The notes under the pieces: generated by a model
The model's database searches: none
Seen by the model: only the letters and a program-made list of their open reading frames with translations
What the model was told of the DNA's origin: nothing
Position numbers and translations under genes: made by a program
Source of the DNA: a virus
Strand: one strand, 5' to 3'
Length of the DNA stretch: 35,985 nt
UHGV virus genome: UHGV-0175543
Shown: piece by piece, positions 1 through 9,155 of the stretch
Layout of the letters: the number at the start of each line of letters is the position of its first letter
How positions within the stretch are numbered: the stretch's first letter is position 1

Positions 1-23
1 TTCGATTCCCCGCGGCTCCACTA
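1..23 (+). ncRNA. ssrA: 3' end (T-loop plus acceptor strand) of tmRNA, or tRNA-Ala; att core
   Basis: TTCGATT-CCCCG-CGGCTCC-A-CTA reads as T-loop, T-stem 3' strand, acceptor strand compatible with the G3:U70 Ala determinant, and discriminator A. The 5' part lies outside the window. Confidence 0.6.
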
Positions 24-26
24 TTC

Positions 27-68
27 GCCCTGGCTAACTTTATGTTGGTCAGGGCTTTTTCTTATTTT
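27..68 (+). terminator. Intrinsic terminator after the tRNA-like 3' end
   Basis: GCCCTGGCTAAC/GTTGGTCAGGGC stem (G-U pairs) followed by TTTTTCTTATTTT. Confidence 0.7.
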
Positions 69-126
69 TAAGCCCCCTAGCTGCAAAAATAGGCAACCAC
101 ACCAAGAGAAACTAAGAAAAACAGAG

Positions 127-190
127 CGCAATAAAACGCAATAAAAGTAAGATGAACGCAAGAATCTAATGGTAATTTTATGGTAATTTC
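127..190. repeat. Candidate att arm-type / Xis binding repeats
   Basis: Tandem CGCAATAAAA at 127-146 and tandem ATGGTAATTTT/ATGGTAATTTC at 169-190. Confidence 0.6.
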
Positions 191-215
191 TTAGACACCC
201 ACCAAGGAGAAAACC

Positions 216-1355
216 ATGACCCCAAAACGAAGCAGCTTCGGCTATATCCGCCCCCACACCCTAAAAAGCGGCACCAAATCCTACACAGCATCATTCATAG
301 ACCCAATCACCAAAAAACGGATATCTAAAACCTTCCGCGCCCAAAGCGAAGCCCGGAAATGGCTAACCGACCGCAAAAAAGACATCACGACAGGACAGTT
401 CCGTACCCCGGAAGAAGCGGCGGCTCCCTCCCCTACGGTTAAAGAAGTGACCGATCAGTGGCTAAAAGATTTACAGGCGCGAGGAAGAAAAGAATCCACC
501 CTCTACACCTACGAATCAAAAATAAAACACCCCCTAGCAGAGCTAGGGAAAACCCGACTTAACGAGATCACCCCGGAAACAATCAACCAGTATTGCGTTA
601 AAGTGCAGTCTGACTTGCCGGCAGGCGCGGCATCTAACGCCCTCGCTAAACTGCACGCGATCCTTGCCTGGGCTGCAAAGCAAGGAATGATAGACCGGGT
701 AACCATAGACCGCGCGTCCTGGCCGGTGATTGGCGCGGTAAAAGACCCCGAACGCCGCCAAGTAGCCACCCCTAAAGAAGTAAGAATCATGGCGCAGGCT
801 ATGCCCCCAAAATACCGCCTCACAGTCTACCTAGCCGCCTGGTGCGCCCTACGCATGGGAGAAGTCAGAGGCTTACAAAGGAAAGACTTCCAACGCCTAG
901 ATGAGCCAGGTAAAGCCGTGGTACAGGTACGCAGACAGGTGAACTCAAAAATGCACCACCAATACACCGACCTAAAAACCAAAGCGGGCAAGCGCGATAT
1001 CACGCTCCCGTCCTCGCTCATTCCGCTAGTCAAGGAACAGCTACACAAATATGTTGGTGATGCCCCGGATGCGGTGCTTTTCCCCAGCCCTACCCTCCCT
1101 GGCAGACCAATAGGAGATAACTTGTTGCGGGAGTATTTTTGGGTTGCACGCGATAAAGCCAAAATGCCCTGGTTCGTATTCCACGACCTACGCCACACCG
1201 GTCTAACAATCTTTGCACAGCAAGGCGCAACCCTAGCAGAACTCTTAGAGCGCGGCGGACACTCAGACGTAGAAGTCGCCTTGCGGTACCAACACGCCAC
1301 TATAGAGCGGGATCAGACGCTCACCGCGAAAATGGATAGCGCGATCATCTGCTAA
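216..1355 (+). CDS. int: Tyrosine integrase
   Basis: LRMGE, HDLRH, GH and catalytic Y (LRYQH) motifs; N-terminal arm-binding-like region; AGGAG RBS. Confidence 0.96.
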   Translation: MTPKRSSFGYIRPHTLKSGTKSYTASFIDPITKKRISKTFRAQSEARKWLTDRKKDITTGQFRTPEEAAAPSPTVKEVTDQWLKDLQARGRKESTLYTYESKIKHPLAELGKTRLNEITPETINQYCVKVQSDLPAGAASNALAKLHAILAWAAKQGMIDRVTIDRASWPVIGAVKDPERRQVATPKEVRIMAQAMPPKYRLTVYLAAWCALRMGEVRGLQRKDFQRLDEPGKAVVQVRRQVNSKMHHQYTDLKTKAGKRDITLPSSLIPLVKEQLHKYVGDAPDAVLFPSPTLPGRPIGDNLLREYFWVARDKAKMPWFVFHDLRHTGLTIFAQQGATLAELLERGGHSDVEVALRYQHATIERDQTLTAKMDSAIIC

Positions 1356-2413
1356 CCGTACTTTTCCACAGTGTCCTTGATACGCTGCGCATACTGATAC
1401 AAGTCAGTTGGGGTATCAATATCGATTCTTTCGTTATCGTCTTGATCGAAAAACATAACCCGCTTCTGCTTCCCATTAAAAAGCAGGCGAACCAGGGGTT
1501 TACGGTTATTATCATCTAGCAAGATCCCGCAATAGGACTGCTGGTCACGTATATACACCCTGGCCGGGTCAGTAACTTCCGCGCAAATAGCTTGCACAAT
1601 AAAGAACCCTTGAAGCTCGTCATCAGTGGTCTCAATTTTCGATTCTTTAACCGCCACCGCTGGAGCTTCACTAATATCAGTCTCCGTGCTGTTGACTTCC
1701 ATAGCGGTTTTCAGCTTGGCCGCTACCTTATCCCCGATAAACCGTGCCATGCCGGTGCGCACTGACGGCTCAATAGCCTCCAACAGCTTCGCAGTTTTCA
1801 CCGCTCCAGGCTTAATAACACCCGCCATCAACTGCAAAAAGTCCTTATCCGGATTCTCAAAAATAACCCCCAAATACTTCCTGACCGCAGTGACCTGCTT
1901 TAAGTTTTCGGCAGCTGAAAGCACGGAATCAATCTCAAACCGGCTTTTAGTCAGCTTGTCGATTTCCGGTAGCAGCTTTTCATCTACGTTGTCTAGGTCG
2001 AGGGTCATGAACGGGGATTTATCCATGACGTGCAGGGAATCTAGGTCAGTATAGAATTGGTAGATTTGCCCGTTGGTTAGGATCCCGATTTTTGCTTGTA
2101 CTGCTTGAAAGTAGAAGGCGAGCTGCGCGGCATTATCCCGTGAAATCGCTACCCCGTAGGGTTTTGCTTCAATCAAGATTCTTATCTGCTCGCCGCGTTT
2201 GATGGCGTAATCAACTTTTTCGTTTTTCTTGTAGGAGTAGGAGGAGTGATATTCGGGGATTACCTCAGCAGGGTTAGTGGTGTCGTATCCGAGGACGTCG
2301 TTTATGAACGGCATGATTAACGCGGTTTTGGTGGCTTCTTCGCTGTTTATATAGTCGCGTGTTTTGGCGAGCTTGTCCGCAAGGCTGCTGACGCGGTCTT
2401 CAATATCTGTCAT
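1352..2413 (-). CDS. HsdR N-terminal-like PD-(D/E)xK nuclease domain protein
   Basis: SEEATK...I.PF...LGY, VIPE, KVDYAI...LIEAK and LTNG..Y motifs of the HSDR_N-type domain; no helicase motifs. Confidence 0.8.
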   Translation of the reverse strand: MTDIEDRVSSLADKLAKTRDYINSEEATKTALIMPFINDVLGYDTTNPAEVIPEYHSSYSYKKNEKVDYAIKRGEQIRILIEAKPYGVAISRDNAAQLAFYFQAVQAKIGILTNGQIYQFYTDLDSLHVMDKSPFMTLDLDNVDEKLLPEIDKLTKSRFEIDSVLSAAENLKQVTAVRKYLGVIFENPDKDFLQLMAGVIKPGAVKTAKLLEAIEPSVRTGMARFIGDKVAAKLKTAMEVNSTETDISEAPAVAVKESKIETTDDELQGFFIVQAICAEVTDPARVYIRDQQSYCGILLDDNNRKPLVRLLFNGKQKRVMFFDQDDNERIDIDTPTDLYQYAQRIKDTVEKYG

Positions 2414-2428
2414 TACTTTTTCTCCTAA

Positions 2429-2860
2429 CTATTTGATTACTATTTGCGGCTGCTGTTGGGCGAGTTTTCGACGGTAGGCTTCTACAATCCAACGGGGCAC
2501 CCCTAACTGAGCTGCTATGCCCCCTGTAGACCAGCCGTATTGTGATTCCCAGAAGCCATAATCGGCAGGGTTTATTATCGCTTGGGCTACGGCTTCGTCT
2601 ATCCGTGCTTCAACCGGGGCAGCTTGGTGGCCATCATGGTGTGCTACGGCGTGGAACGTTTCGTGTGCCAGGATAGGCACCATCCAAGCTGTGGGTGCGT
2701 AGCGACTTATATATATGGTGCGCGTGTCTTCATGGTATGCGCCCCAAAGATCGGCAAGATTCCCTGATTCCATACAGAGCTTGACCTGGTTATTTTCACA
2801 CCAGGTTGTAAGCGTCTCGATAGTAGGCGGCGTACTTCCCCACCAGTCCGGGTAGATCAC
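2429..2860 (-). CDS. ImmA/IrrE-family metalloprotease (anti-repressor)
   Basis: LAHETFH (HExxH) with downstream E..ID..VA; start overlaps the repressor stop (GTGA). Confidence 0.85.
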   Translation of the reverse strand: MIYPDWWGSTPPTIETLTTWCENNQVKLCMESGNLADLWGAYHEDTRTIYISRYAPTAWMVPILAHETFHAVAHHDGHQAAPVEARIDEAVAQAIINPADYGFWESQYGWSTGGIAAQLGVPRWIVEAYRRKLAQQQPQIVIK

Positions 2861-3423
2861 GGCTGATTTTCTTCCTCGCCCTCGAGTTGGTCCTGAATCG
2901 AGTAGCCAGGATTCTTAGCAGCAAGCTCCCAGGGTGGAGGCGGCGGGAGGTGAATGTTTTGCGGGGTAGGTAGGTTGAGATATCCACGTACAGCAGAAAA
3001 GCCGGTGACTACTACTTCCGCTTTTCCCCTGTCGCTAAGGTTTTTAAATTCATCGTACGGAATAGGGATGCGCACTTCCCACTGAGGATCTCTGCCGGGT
3101 ATCGGGATTTGCGCTAGATACCCCATGGTCATCTGGTAATCGCCGACATCCTGGGTTATAGAGTAGTCGCTGGCAGTAGCCGGTTGGAGCTTTTCGCCGG
3201 ATAGTATCGCTGCTGCCGTGCCTTCTTCCCACGATAAGGCATTATCTAGGCGTTGTAAGGTGCTTTTTGCGTAGGATTCGCGCCGCCCGTTTTCTATATC
3301 GCCTACTAGCCTGGTAGATATTCCAACTTTTTCTGCGAGGGCTTCTTGCGTCTTGTAGCCTTGCCGCGATCTTGCTTTAACCACTTCTTCTGCCAGCCGC
3401 CGCGCCCCGATTGTGTTCTTCAT
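2857..3423 (-). CDS. XRE-family HTH immunity repressor
   Basis: TQEALAEKVGISTRLVGDIENG HTH; divergent from the Cro-like gene. Confidence 0.88.
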   Translation of the reverse strand: MKNTIGARRLAEEVVKARSRQGYKTQEALAEKVGISTRLVGDIENGRRESYAKSTLQRLDNALSWEEGTAAAILSGEKLQPATASDYSITQDVGDYQMTMGYLAQIPIPGRDPQWEVRIPIPYDEFKNLSDRGKAEVVVTGFSAVRGYLNLPTPQNIHLPPPPPWELAAKNPGYSIQDQLEGEEENQP

Positions 3424-3431
3424 AGTCCCAT

Positions 3432-3602
3432 ATTATAGGAAACTTTCGGAACGCTTTTTATTAATTACATTGATGTTTTTCGAGGTTAGCGACCGCCAGT
3501 CATTCCTGACGTTCTTAAATCTGTTCCATTTCCAGCAAATATTATTGCTTTTATTCCGCTTTATGCTTATTCTTGTTCCTATGAAGTGGAAACATTCGGA
3601 AC
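3432..3602. promoter_or_regulatory. Divergent switch promoters with 15-bp operator-like repeats
   Basis: Minus-strand TATAAT at 3432-3437. Plus-strand TTGCTT(3545)-N17-TATTCT(3568). GGAAACWTTCGGAAC at 3438-3452 and 3588-3602. Confidence 0.65.
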
Positions 3603-3871
3603 TTGAGAAAGCAAGAACCGGAGCCATACTCCGAACATTGCGTGAAGCGCGCGGGCTCACCGCTGATGAACTCGCCAGAGAACTCTGCGTCTCCCGCCCC
3701 TACCTAGCGAATATCGAAGCAGGAAGGCGAGCACTAACCCCTGCCCTAGCTAAAAAATCTTCTGAGGTGCTATGCGTGCGCCCAATCGTCCTACTAAACC
3801 CCACATTCTTGAGGGACTATCTCGAAAACGCAGCCACCAACGGCAAACAGATCCGCCAGGAGGCCGCGTAA
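3581..3871 (+). CDS. Cro-like XRE HTH regulator
   Basis: LRTLREARGLTADELA...YLANIEAG HTH; ATG 3581 preferred over the longer ORF call. Confidence 0.85.
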   Translation: MKWKHSELEKARTGAILRTLREARGLTADELARELCVSRPYLANIEAGRRALTPALAKKSSEVLCVRPIVLLNPTFLRDYLENAATNGKQIRQEAA

Positions 3872-4048
3872 ATGCCACGCCCCAAAGCGAGCGAAATGCT
3901 CAACCAAAAGCAAGCCGCCAAATACCTCAGTGTCTGTCCTAATACGCTCCGTGCCTGGGTAAGAGCCAAAAAGGTTATCGAGCGGCACACCCCCGGCGGG
4001 CTACCCCGCTACTGGATCAACGACCTAGACAGAGCAATCACCGCGTAA
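3872..4048 (+). CDS. xis: Excisionase-like HTH protein, 58 aa (not in the ORF track)
   Basis: Hand translation MPRPKASEMLNQKQAAKYLSVCPNTLRAWVRAKKVIERHTPGGLPRYWINDLDRAITA; GGAGG RBS. Confidence 0.75.
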   Translation: MPRPKASEMLNQKQAAKYLSVCPNTLRAWVRAKKVIERHTPGGLPRYWINDLDRAITA

Positions 4049-4059
4049 AGGAAACCCCC

Positions 4060-4260
4060 ATGACCCCTAGAATCCCGCGCGCTACGTTTTGGGCGCGTAG
4101 AGCAGGCTTAGTGCTACTAGCGCTAGCCACCTGTATATACACCAGCTTCTTCTTCACGACCATCCCCGAAACTGAAACATTAAGCGCTACTGCTGCGTTC
4201 TGGGCAATGACCACCAGCTACCTAATCGGCGCAGCGCTGCTATTTACACCCACCAAATAA
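4060..4260 (+). CDS. Small two-TM membrane protein
   Basis: Two hydrophobic stretches; AAGGA RBS. Confidence 0.65.
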   Translation: MTPRIPRATFWARRAGLVLLALATCIYTSFFFTTIPETETLSATAAFWAMTTSYLIGAALLFTPTK

Positions 4261-4277
4261 ACCAGAAAGACAACCAC

Positions 4278-4436
4278 ATGAACATTCTCAACATCGCGTT
4301 AACCATCGTCGCGATCCTGCTATTTGCGGGGGGAGTGGCAACCATGATCCTCGCCGCCCAAGAATACCTAAGGCAACGCAACAACCCGCCACGCCACCTA
4401 AAAACCCAATCCACCTACACCGAGCAAGGAGCATAA
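4278..4436 (+). CDS. Small membrane protein, 52 aa (not in the ORF track)
   Basis: MNILNIALTIVAILLFAGGVATMILAAQEYLRQR...; fills the gap in the operon. Confidence 0.6.
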   Translation: MNILNIALTIVAILLFAGGVATMILAAQEYLRQRNNPPRHLKTQSTYTEQGA

Positions 4437-4438
4437 CC

Positions 4439-4798
4439 ATGAGCATCGACACCGCCACTCTAGACGCCCTCATCACCCAATGGGCAAACCTCAATAGCCA
4501 AATCGAGCAAGCACAGGCCGGGATCGAGCAAATCAAAAACACGCTAAAAGAACATGTACAACCCGGAACCTCCATAGAAGGCAGTACCGCGCGAATCATC
4601 GTGACTAAACCCCGCCGAACCCTAAACAGCGCGGCCATTAGTAAAGCCCTACCAGTAACGGAAAACCCCGGCCTCTACACCCCGAAGTTAGACACGAAGA
4701 AAGTCAAAGCCGCCTATTCGGACAACCAACTCACCGAGAACGGCTGGTACAAGGAAGGCGCACCAATCATCACCCTAAAACCGCTCACAGGAAAATAG
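4439..4798 (+). CDS. Hypothetical phage protein with N-terminal coiled coil
   Basis: ORF with AAGGAG RBS upstream of the exonuclease. Confidence 0.7.
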   Translation: MSIDTATLDALITQWANLNSQIEQAQAGIEQIKNTLKEHVQPGTSIEGSTARIIVTKPRRTLNSAAISKALPVTENPGLYTPKLDTKKVKAAYSDNQLTENGWYKEGAPIITLKPLTGK

Positions 4799-4807
4799 GG
4801 CGCTCCC

Positions 4808-5590
4808 ATGTACCAGACCTACAACGCCAACGCCGCAACAGAACCTAGTGAAGCCACACGCGAAATCCAAAACATTGTGGCTCACCAGATCCTGCACCAA
4901 CCCCGCTCCCTCCAAACCCGGATCGGGCCCTCAGAAATCGGCAACCCCTGCGACCACTGCCTAGCAGCACGCCTAGCCGGCTGGGAAAAACAAGAAGACG
5001 GCATCCCCCTAGCCACCACCATAGGCACCGGCTACCACGCCCTGATGGAGGACTTCTTCAAAAAATGGGAAGCCGAACAGGCCGAAACCAACCCAGGGTG
5101 GCGACACCGCTACCTAATGGAACAACGAGTCACAGTCGGACAAATCGGCGGGCAAGAAATCACCGGATCAACCGACCTGCTAGACCTCGCCGCTGGGCTG
5201 ACCGTCGACTACAAAGTCGTTGGCAAAACCAGTTTTGATAAATACCGGATAAACGGCCCATCCCCCACATACCAGATCCAAGCGCATTTGTATGCCAAAG
5301 GCTGGAATGATGCCGGGGTAAAAGTAGACACCGTCTCTATCTGGTTTATCCCCAAAATGGCGATAGACCTGCGTTCCTCCCACTGGTGGCTAGAGCCATA
5401 TCAGCCGCTGATAGCTGAAAACGCTTTGCAGCGCGCCAACCGCATATGGAATCACCTTCTGATTGCTAGAGACGTTACCGAGTACATCAAAAACCTACCC
5501 AGGCAGCCGGGCTGTTGGGACTGTCGCAAATACCCAGACAGGCCGATACCGATAGATCCCCTATTCGACCTGAATAATCCACACCAATAA
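4808..5590 (+). CDS. Cas4-like / RecB-type PD-(D/E)xK exonuclease
   Basis: GPSEIG.PC, GT.YH, G.TDL...VDYK, YQIQAHLY and a C-terminal CWDC. Confidence 0.8.
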   Translation: MYQTYNANAATEPSEATREIQNIVAHQILHQPRSLQTRIGPSEIGNPCDHCLAARLAGWEKQEDGIPLATTIGTGYHALMEDFFKKWEAEQAETNPGWRHRYLMEQRVTVGQIGGQEITGSTDLLDLAAGLTVDYKVVGKTSFDKYRINGPSPTYQIQAHLYAKGWNDAGVKVDTVSIWFIPKMAIDLRSSHWWLEPYQPLIAENALQRANRIWNHLLIARDVTEYIKNLPRQPGCWDCRKYPDRPIPIDPLFDLNNPHQ

Positions 5591-5610
5591 CCGAGCGAGG
5601 AGGCGAGCGC

Positions 5611-5811
5611 ATGGTGCAGTCACATAAAGACAGGCCAAGGAACTACAACTATCCCTGGTGCATGTCAGGAGACGAACCAGCCCCGGTAAAACCACCCGGC
5701 TACCACGTTAATCCCAGTCCAGGTGAGCTAGTCCCAGACGACCGCTTCCCCGAAGTATTCCCCGTAACTACCCGAAAAATAAACCAACCACAAGGAGAAA
5801 ATAATGATTAA
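5611..5811 (+). CDS. Hypothetical protein
   Basis: GGAGG RBS; overlaps the next start. Confidence 0.55.
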   Translation: MVQSHKDRPRNYNYPWCMSGDEPAPVKPPGYHVNPSPGELVPDDRFPEVFPVTTRKINQPQGENND

Positions 5812-6541
5812 CTACGACGAATTAGATCAAGCGTTCCAAGGCTCCGGGCGTTCCATTTTCAGCAAGGACACGCCCCCGGGAACCAGCATCACCGGAACCA
5901 TCACCGACGCGACGATGAAGCAAGTGACCAAGTTCGGGTCTACTGAGCCGGATTATTTCCAATCCGGAGACCCCAAAATGCAGATTATCCTCGCCCTAAA
6001 AACCGACTTACACGACGATGTAGACGATGACGGCACTAGAGCCGCCTATATCAAACTGTGGGGATCCCAAAAAGCCGCGCTTGCTAAAGCCATCGAAACC
6101 GCCGGGTGCGCGAAAGCATCCCAAATCCTAATCCCCGGAACGATCTTCAAAGCTACATTCCACGGTAAAGAAACCCGCTCCTCAAAAAACGGGTCATTCA
6201 CCGAAAACGTTTACTCGTACCAGTTGCAGAAAGGCGCACCGGTAGGGATCGACCAAGCCATTACGCAGCCACCAGCACAGGCAGCACCAGTAGCGCCTAT
6301 AGATCCAGCGGTTGAAGCTACACCGGCGCAGCAAGCGATCCAAGCCGCACAGCAAGCAAACCAAGCAGGCAGCGAGGAACTATCCAACCTGCAAGCGGTC
6401 ACGCCCCTAATCCAGGCAGGACTAACCAATCAAGCCATCCAAGACGTCCCCTCCTTCGCCCACATCAGCACCGCAGCCCTAAATCAGCTGCGGGAAGGCA
6501 AAACACCCGAACAAGTCGCCGAAAACGAGCCACCATTCTAA
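5804..6541 (+). CDS. Putative single-stranded DNA-binding protein
   Basis: Beta-rich N-terminal domain, A/P/Q linker and acidic C-terminal tip ending EPPF; located between the exonuclease and the primase. Confidence 0.6.
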   Translation: MINYDELDQAFQGSGRSIFSKDTPPGTSITGTITDATMKQVTKFGSTEPDYFQSGDPKMQIILALKTDLHDDVDDDGTRAAYIKLWGSQKAALAKAIETAGCAKASQILIPGTIFKATFHGKETRSSKNGSFTENVYSYQLQKGAPVGIDQAITQPPAQAAPVAPIDPAVEATPAQQAIQAAQQANQAGSEELSNLQAVTPLIQAGLTNQAIQDVPSFAHISTAALNQLREGKTPEQVAENEPPF

Positions 6542-6686
6542 AACCCCGCCCCACATATAGGGGCAGCTGGTGAAACCACGCCTAGAGGTGGGCAGATTTC
6601 CCGCACGCCAGGAAACACCAGCACCAATAAAGACAGAACGAGACAAACAAAGACAAAAAAGACAGTAAATAAGAAGAGGGAAAGCA

Positions 6687-9155
6687 ATGGCAGAAAAAAC
6701 AGCCAACCCGTGCATGATAGAAGCACTAAACGCCCTAGCATGCGGACTAACCCCCATCCCCATCAAAAACGACGGCACAAAAACCCCACCCTTCACCTGG
6801 AAAAAATACCAAACCACACCCCCCACCGCCGCTGACATCACCACCTGGTGGACAAGCCACCCAGAATGGGGCCTCGGAATCATCTGCGGAAAAACCTCCC
6901 AGAACTTCGAAATGATCGAACTCGAAGGCAGAAGCGCACATCTAGCAAAAGAACTCCAAACCATCGCAGTCGAAGCCGGCGAAAGCGACCTGTGGGAAAC
7001 CCTCACCAACGGGTGGGTAGACCGGACCCCTACCGGCGGGATCCACTACCACTACAAATCAACCGACCCTATCCAGGGCAACCTAAAACTAGCCAGAAAC
7101 CGGAATAAAGAAGTCCTAGCTGAGACGCGGGGACAGGGAGGGCTAACGGTAACCGCCCCTACCCCCGGAACCTGCCACCCAAACGGCAAACCGTGGGAAC
7201 GAATCACCGGCGGACCTGCAACCTGCCCCACCTTCACCCCTGAGCAAATCGAGACCATACATGACCTCTTTAGGCTCCTAGACGAAACCCCACGGGTAGA
7301 GGCACAACCCGAAAAAACCAACGTCATACCACTCACTAAACCCGGTGATTGGGAAGGTGGGGAGCGCCCAGGCGACGCCATAGAAAAACAACTCTCCTGG
7401 GATGACATCCTCACCCCCCACGGATGGAAAAAAGTCATGCGCCTCCGGCAAGGTTACGCTTGGCGCAGGCCAGGAAAAACCACCGGCATATCAGCCACCA
7501 CCGGACAATCAGACGACCGAAACCGGCTCTATGTCTTCTCGACCTCCACGATCTTTGACACCGAAGTCGCATACACAAAATTCGCAGCCTACACACTCCT
7601 AAACCACGACGGAGACTACACCGCCGCAGCCAAAGACCTATTAGATAAAGGCATCGGCAAAACCCCCGAAGCACCCAAAGTCACCTTCGACCTCACCAAA
7701 CCCGCCAACAGCGACACAGTAGCCACAACCGCCGGAACCGTCCAGCAACTAGCACCCCAAGCACAACCAGCCACATCCATCATCAAAACCCTCGCATACA
7801 CGGATGATGCAGCCGCCCTAGGACTAGCAGCAAACCACCAAACCAAAATCACCTACATACCAGAACGCTCCACCTGGTACGCATGGAACGGCCACCTGTG
7901 GGAACCACAACCCCAAGGCGGAGGAAAAGTCCGCGAATACGCCAAACAATACGCCCGCACCCTCCCAGAAGAAAACAAACAAGACCACGCCTACAAAAAA
8001 CGCCTACTATCAGCAGCCGGCATCACCGCCATCCTCACCCAAGCCCAAACCATCCAAGACCTAACCACCCCCGCAGACCAGCTAGACGCCTACCCCACCC
8101 ACCTAAACACCCCCACCGGCATAATCAACCTAAAAACCGGAAAAACCCAACCCCCAAACCCAGCAGCAAAACACACCAAAACCACCCTCTGCGCCCCTGA
8201 CCCAGACGCCCCCGCCCCCATGTGGGAAACCTTCCTAAACCAAACCTTCCAAAACGACCCCGCCCTCATCGGCTACATACAAAACCTAATCGGCTACTCA
8301 GCCACCGGGGTAATAAACGACCACATCCTGCCCTTCGCATTCGGCAACGGCGCAAACGGCAAATCCGTCCTATTCGACACCATCAACCAAATCCTAAAAG
8401 ACTACGCCACCACCGCCCCCGCCGGATTCCTCATGGCACACCGCCAAACCCACGAAACCGAAATCGCCCGACTCCAAGGCTGCCGCCTAATCGTCTGCTC
8501 CGAAATCAACCCAGAAGACCGCTTCGACGAAGCCAAAATAAAAGAACTCACCGGCGGAGACAGACTAACCGCCCGATACCTCTACTCCAACTACTTCACC
8601 TTCACCCCCACACATCATTTATGGATCATGGGCAACCACCAACCAGCCGTAAGAACCGGCGGGAAAGCGTTCTGGAGACGCTTAAAACTAATCCCATTTC
8701 AAAACCAAATAAAACCAGAAAACAAAATACCAGACCTCTCCAACAAACTCGTAGAAAAAGAAGCACCCCAAATCCTTGCCTGGATAATCGAAGGCGCAAA
8801 AAACTACCTCACAAACGGGCTAAAAGAACCCCAAAAAGTAACAGCCGCATCCACCGAATACGAAAACGAAGAAAACACCCTAGAACGCTTCATACAAGAA
8901 AACATTCAAACCGGTGTACCCGGTGCGTCCGTGAAAAATAGTGACCTTCGGGCACGCTACGAAAACTGGTGCTCCGTCAACGGCGAACGCCCCATGAGCG
9001 CCACCATGCTAGGAAGAGAACTCAAAAACAAAGGATTCGAAGTACGGCGAAGCGGAGCAAACGGATCCCGCGTCTGGTATCGAATCCTACTGAGAGACCC
9101 CGCCCCCACCGAAGACCCTAGCGACTCTTGGGCAGACCTAGGAGGCGGAAAATAA
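6687..9155 (+). CDS. Bifunctional primase/polymerase fused to a D5/P4-type SF3 helicase
   Basis: N-terminal Prim-pol (TPTGGIHYH, ETRGQGG), D5_N region, Walker A GNGANGKS, KELTGGD, WRRL. Confidence 0.92.
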   Translation: MAEKTANPCMIEALNALACGLTPIPIKNDGTKTPPFTWKKYQTTPPTAADITTWWTSHPEWGLGIICGKTSQNFEMIELEGRSAHLAKELQTIAVEAGESDLWETLTNGWVDRTPTGGIHYHYKSTDPIQGNLKLARNRNKEVLAETRGQGGLTVTAPTPGTCHPNGKPWERITGGPATCPTFTPEQIETIHDLFRLLDETPRVEAQPEKTNVIPLTKPGDWEGGERPGDAIEKQLSWDDILTPHGWKKVMRLRQGYAWRRPGKTTGISATTGQSDDRNRLYVFSTSTIFDTEVAYTKFAAYTLLNHDGDYTAAAKDLLDKGIGKTPEAPKVTFDLTKPANSDTVATTAGTVQQLAPQAQPATSIIKTLAYTDDAAALGLAANHQTKITYIPERSTWYAWNGHLWEPQPQGGGKVREYAKQYARTLPEENKQDHAYKKRLLSAAGITAILTQAQTIQDLTTPADQLDAYPTHLNTPTGIINLKTGKTQPPNPAAKHTKTTLCAPDPDAPAPMWETFLNQTFQNDPALIGYIQNLIGYSATGVINDHILPFAFGNGANGKSVLFDTINQILKDYATTAPAGFLMAHRQTHETEIARLQGCRLIVCSEINPEDRFDEAKIKELTGGDRLTARYLYSNYFTFTPTHHLWIMGNHQPAVRTGGKAFWRRLKLIPFQNQIKPENKIPDLSNKLVEKEAPQILAWIIEGAKNYLTNGLKEPQKVTAASTEYENEENTLERFIQENIQTGVPGASVKNSDLRARYENWCSVNGERPMSATMLGRELKNKGFEVRRSGANGSRVWYRILLRDPAPTEDPSDSWADLGGGK

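Noticed and set aside
1352..2413. Type I restriction-modification system
   Set aside because: Only the N-terminal nuclease-type domain is present; there is no helicase, methylase or specificity subunit.
6566..6626. Canonical tRNA gene
   Set aside because: Too short and lacks D- and T-loop consensus; kept only as a tRNA-like finding.
7883..8941. Long alternative-frame ORFs inside the primase gene
   Set aside because: R/P/H-rich shadow frames caused by the C/A-rich, stop-poor composition.
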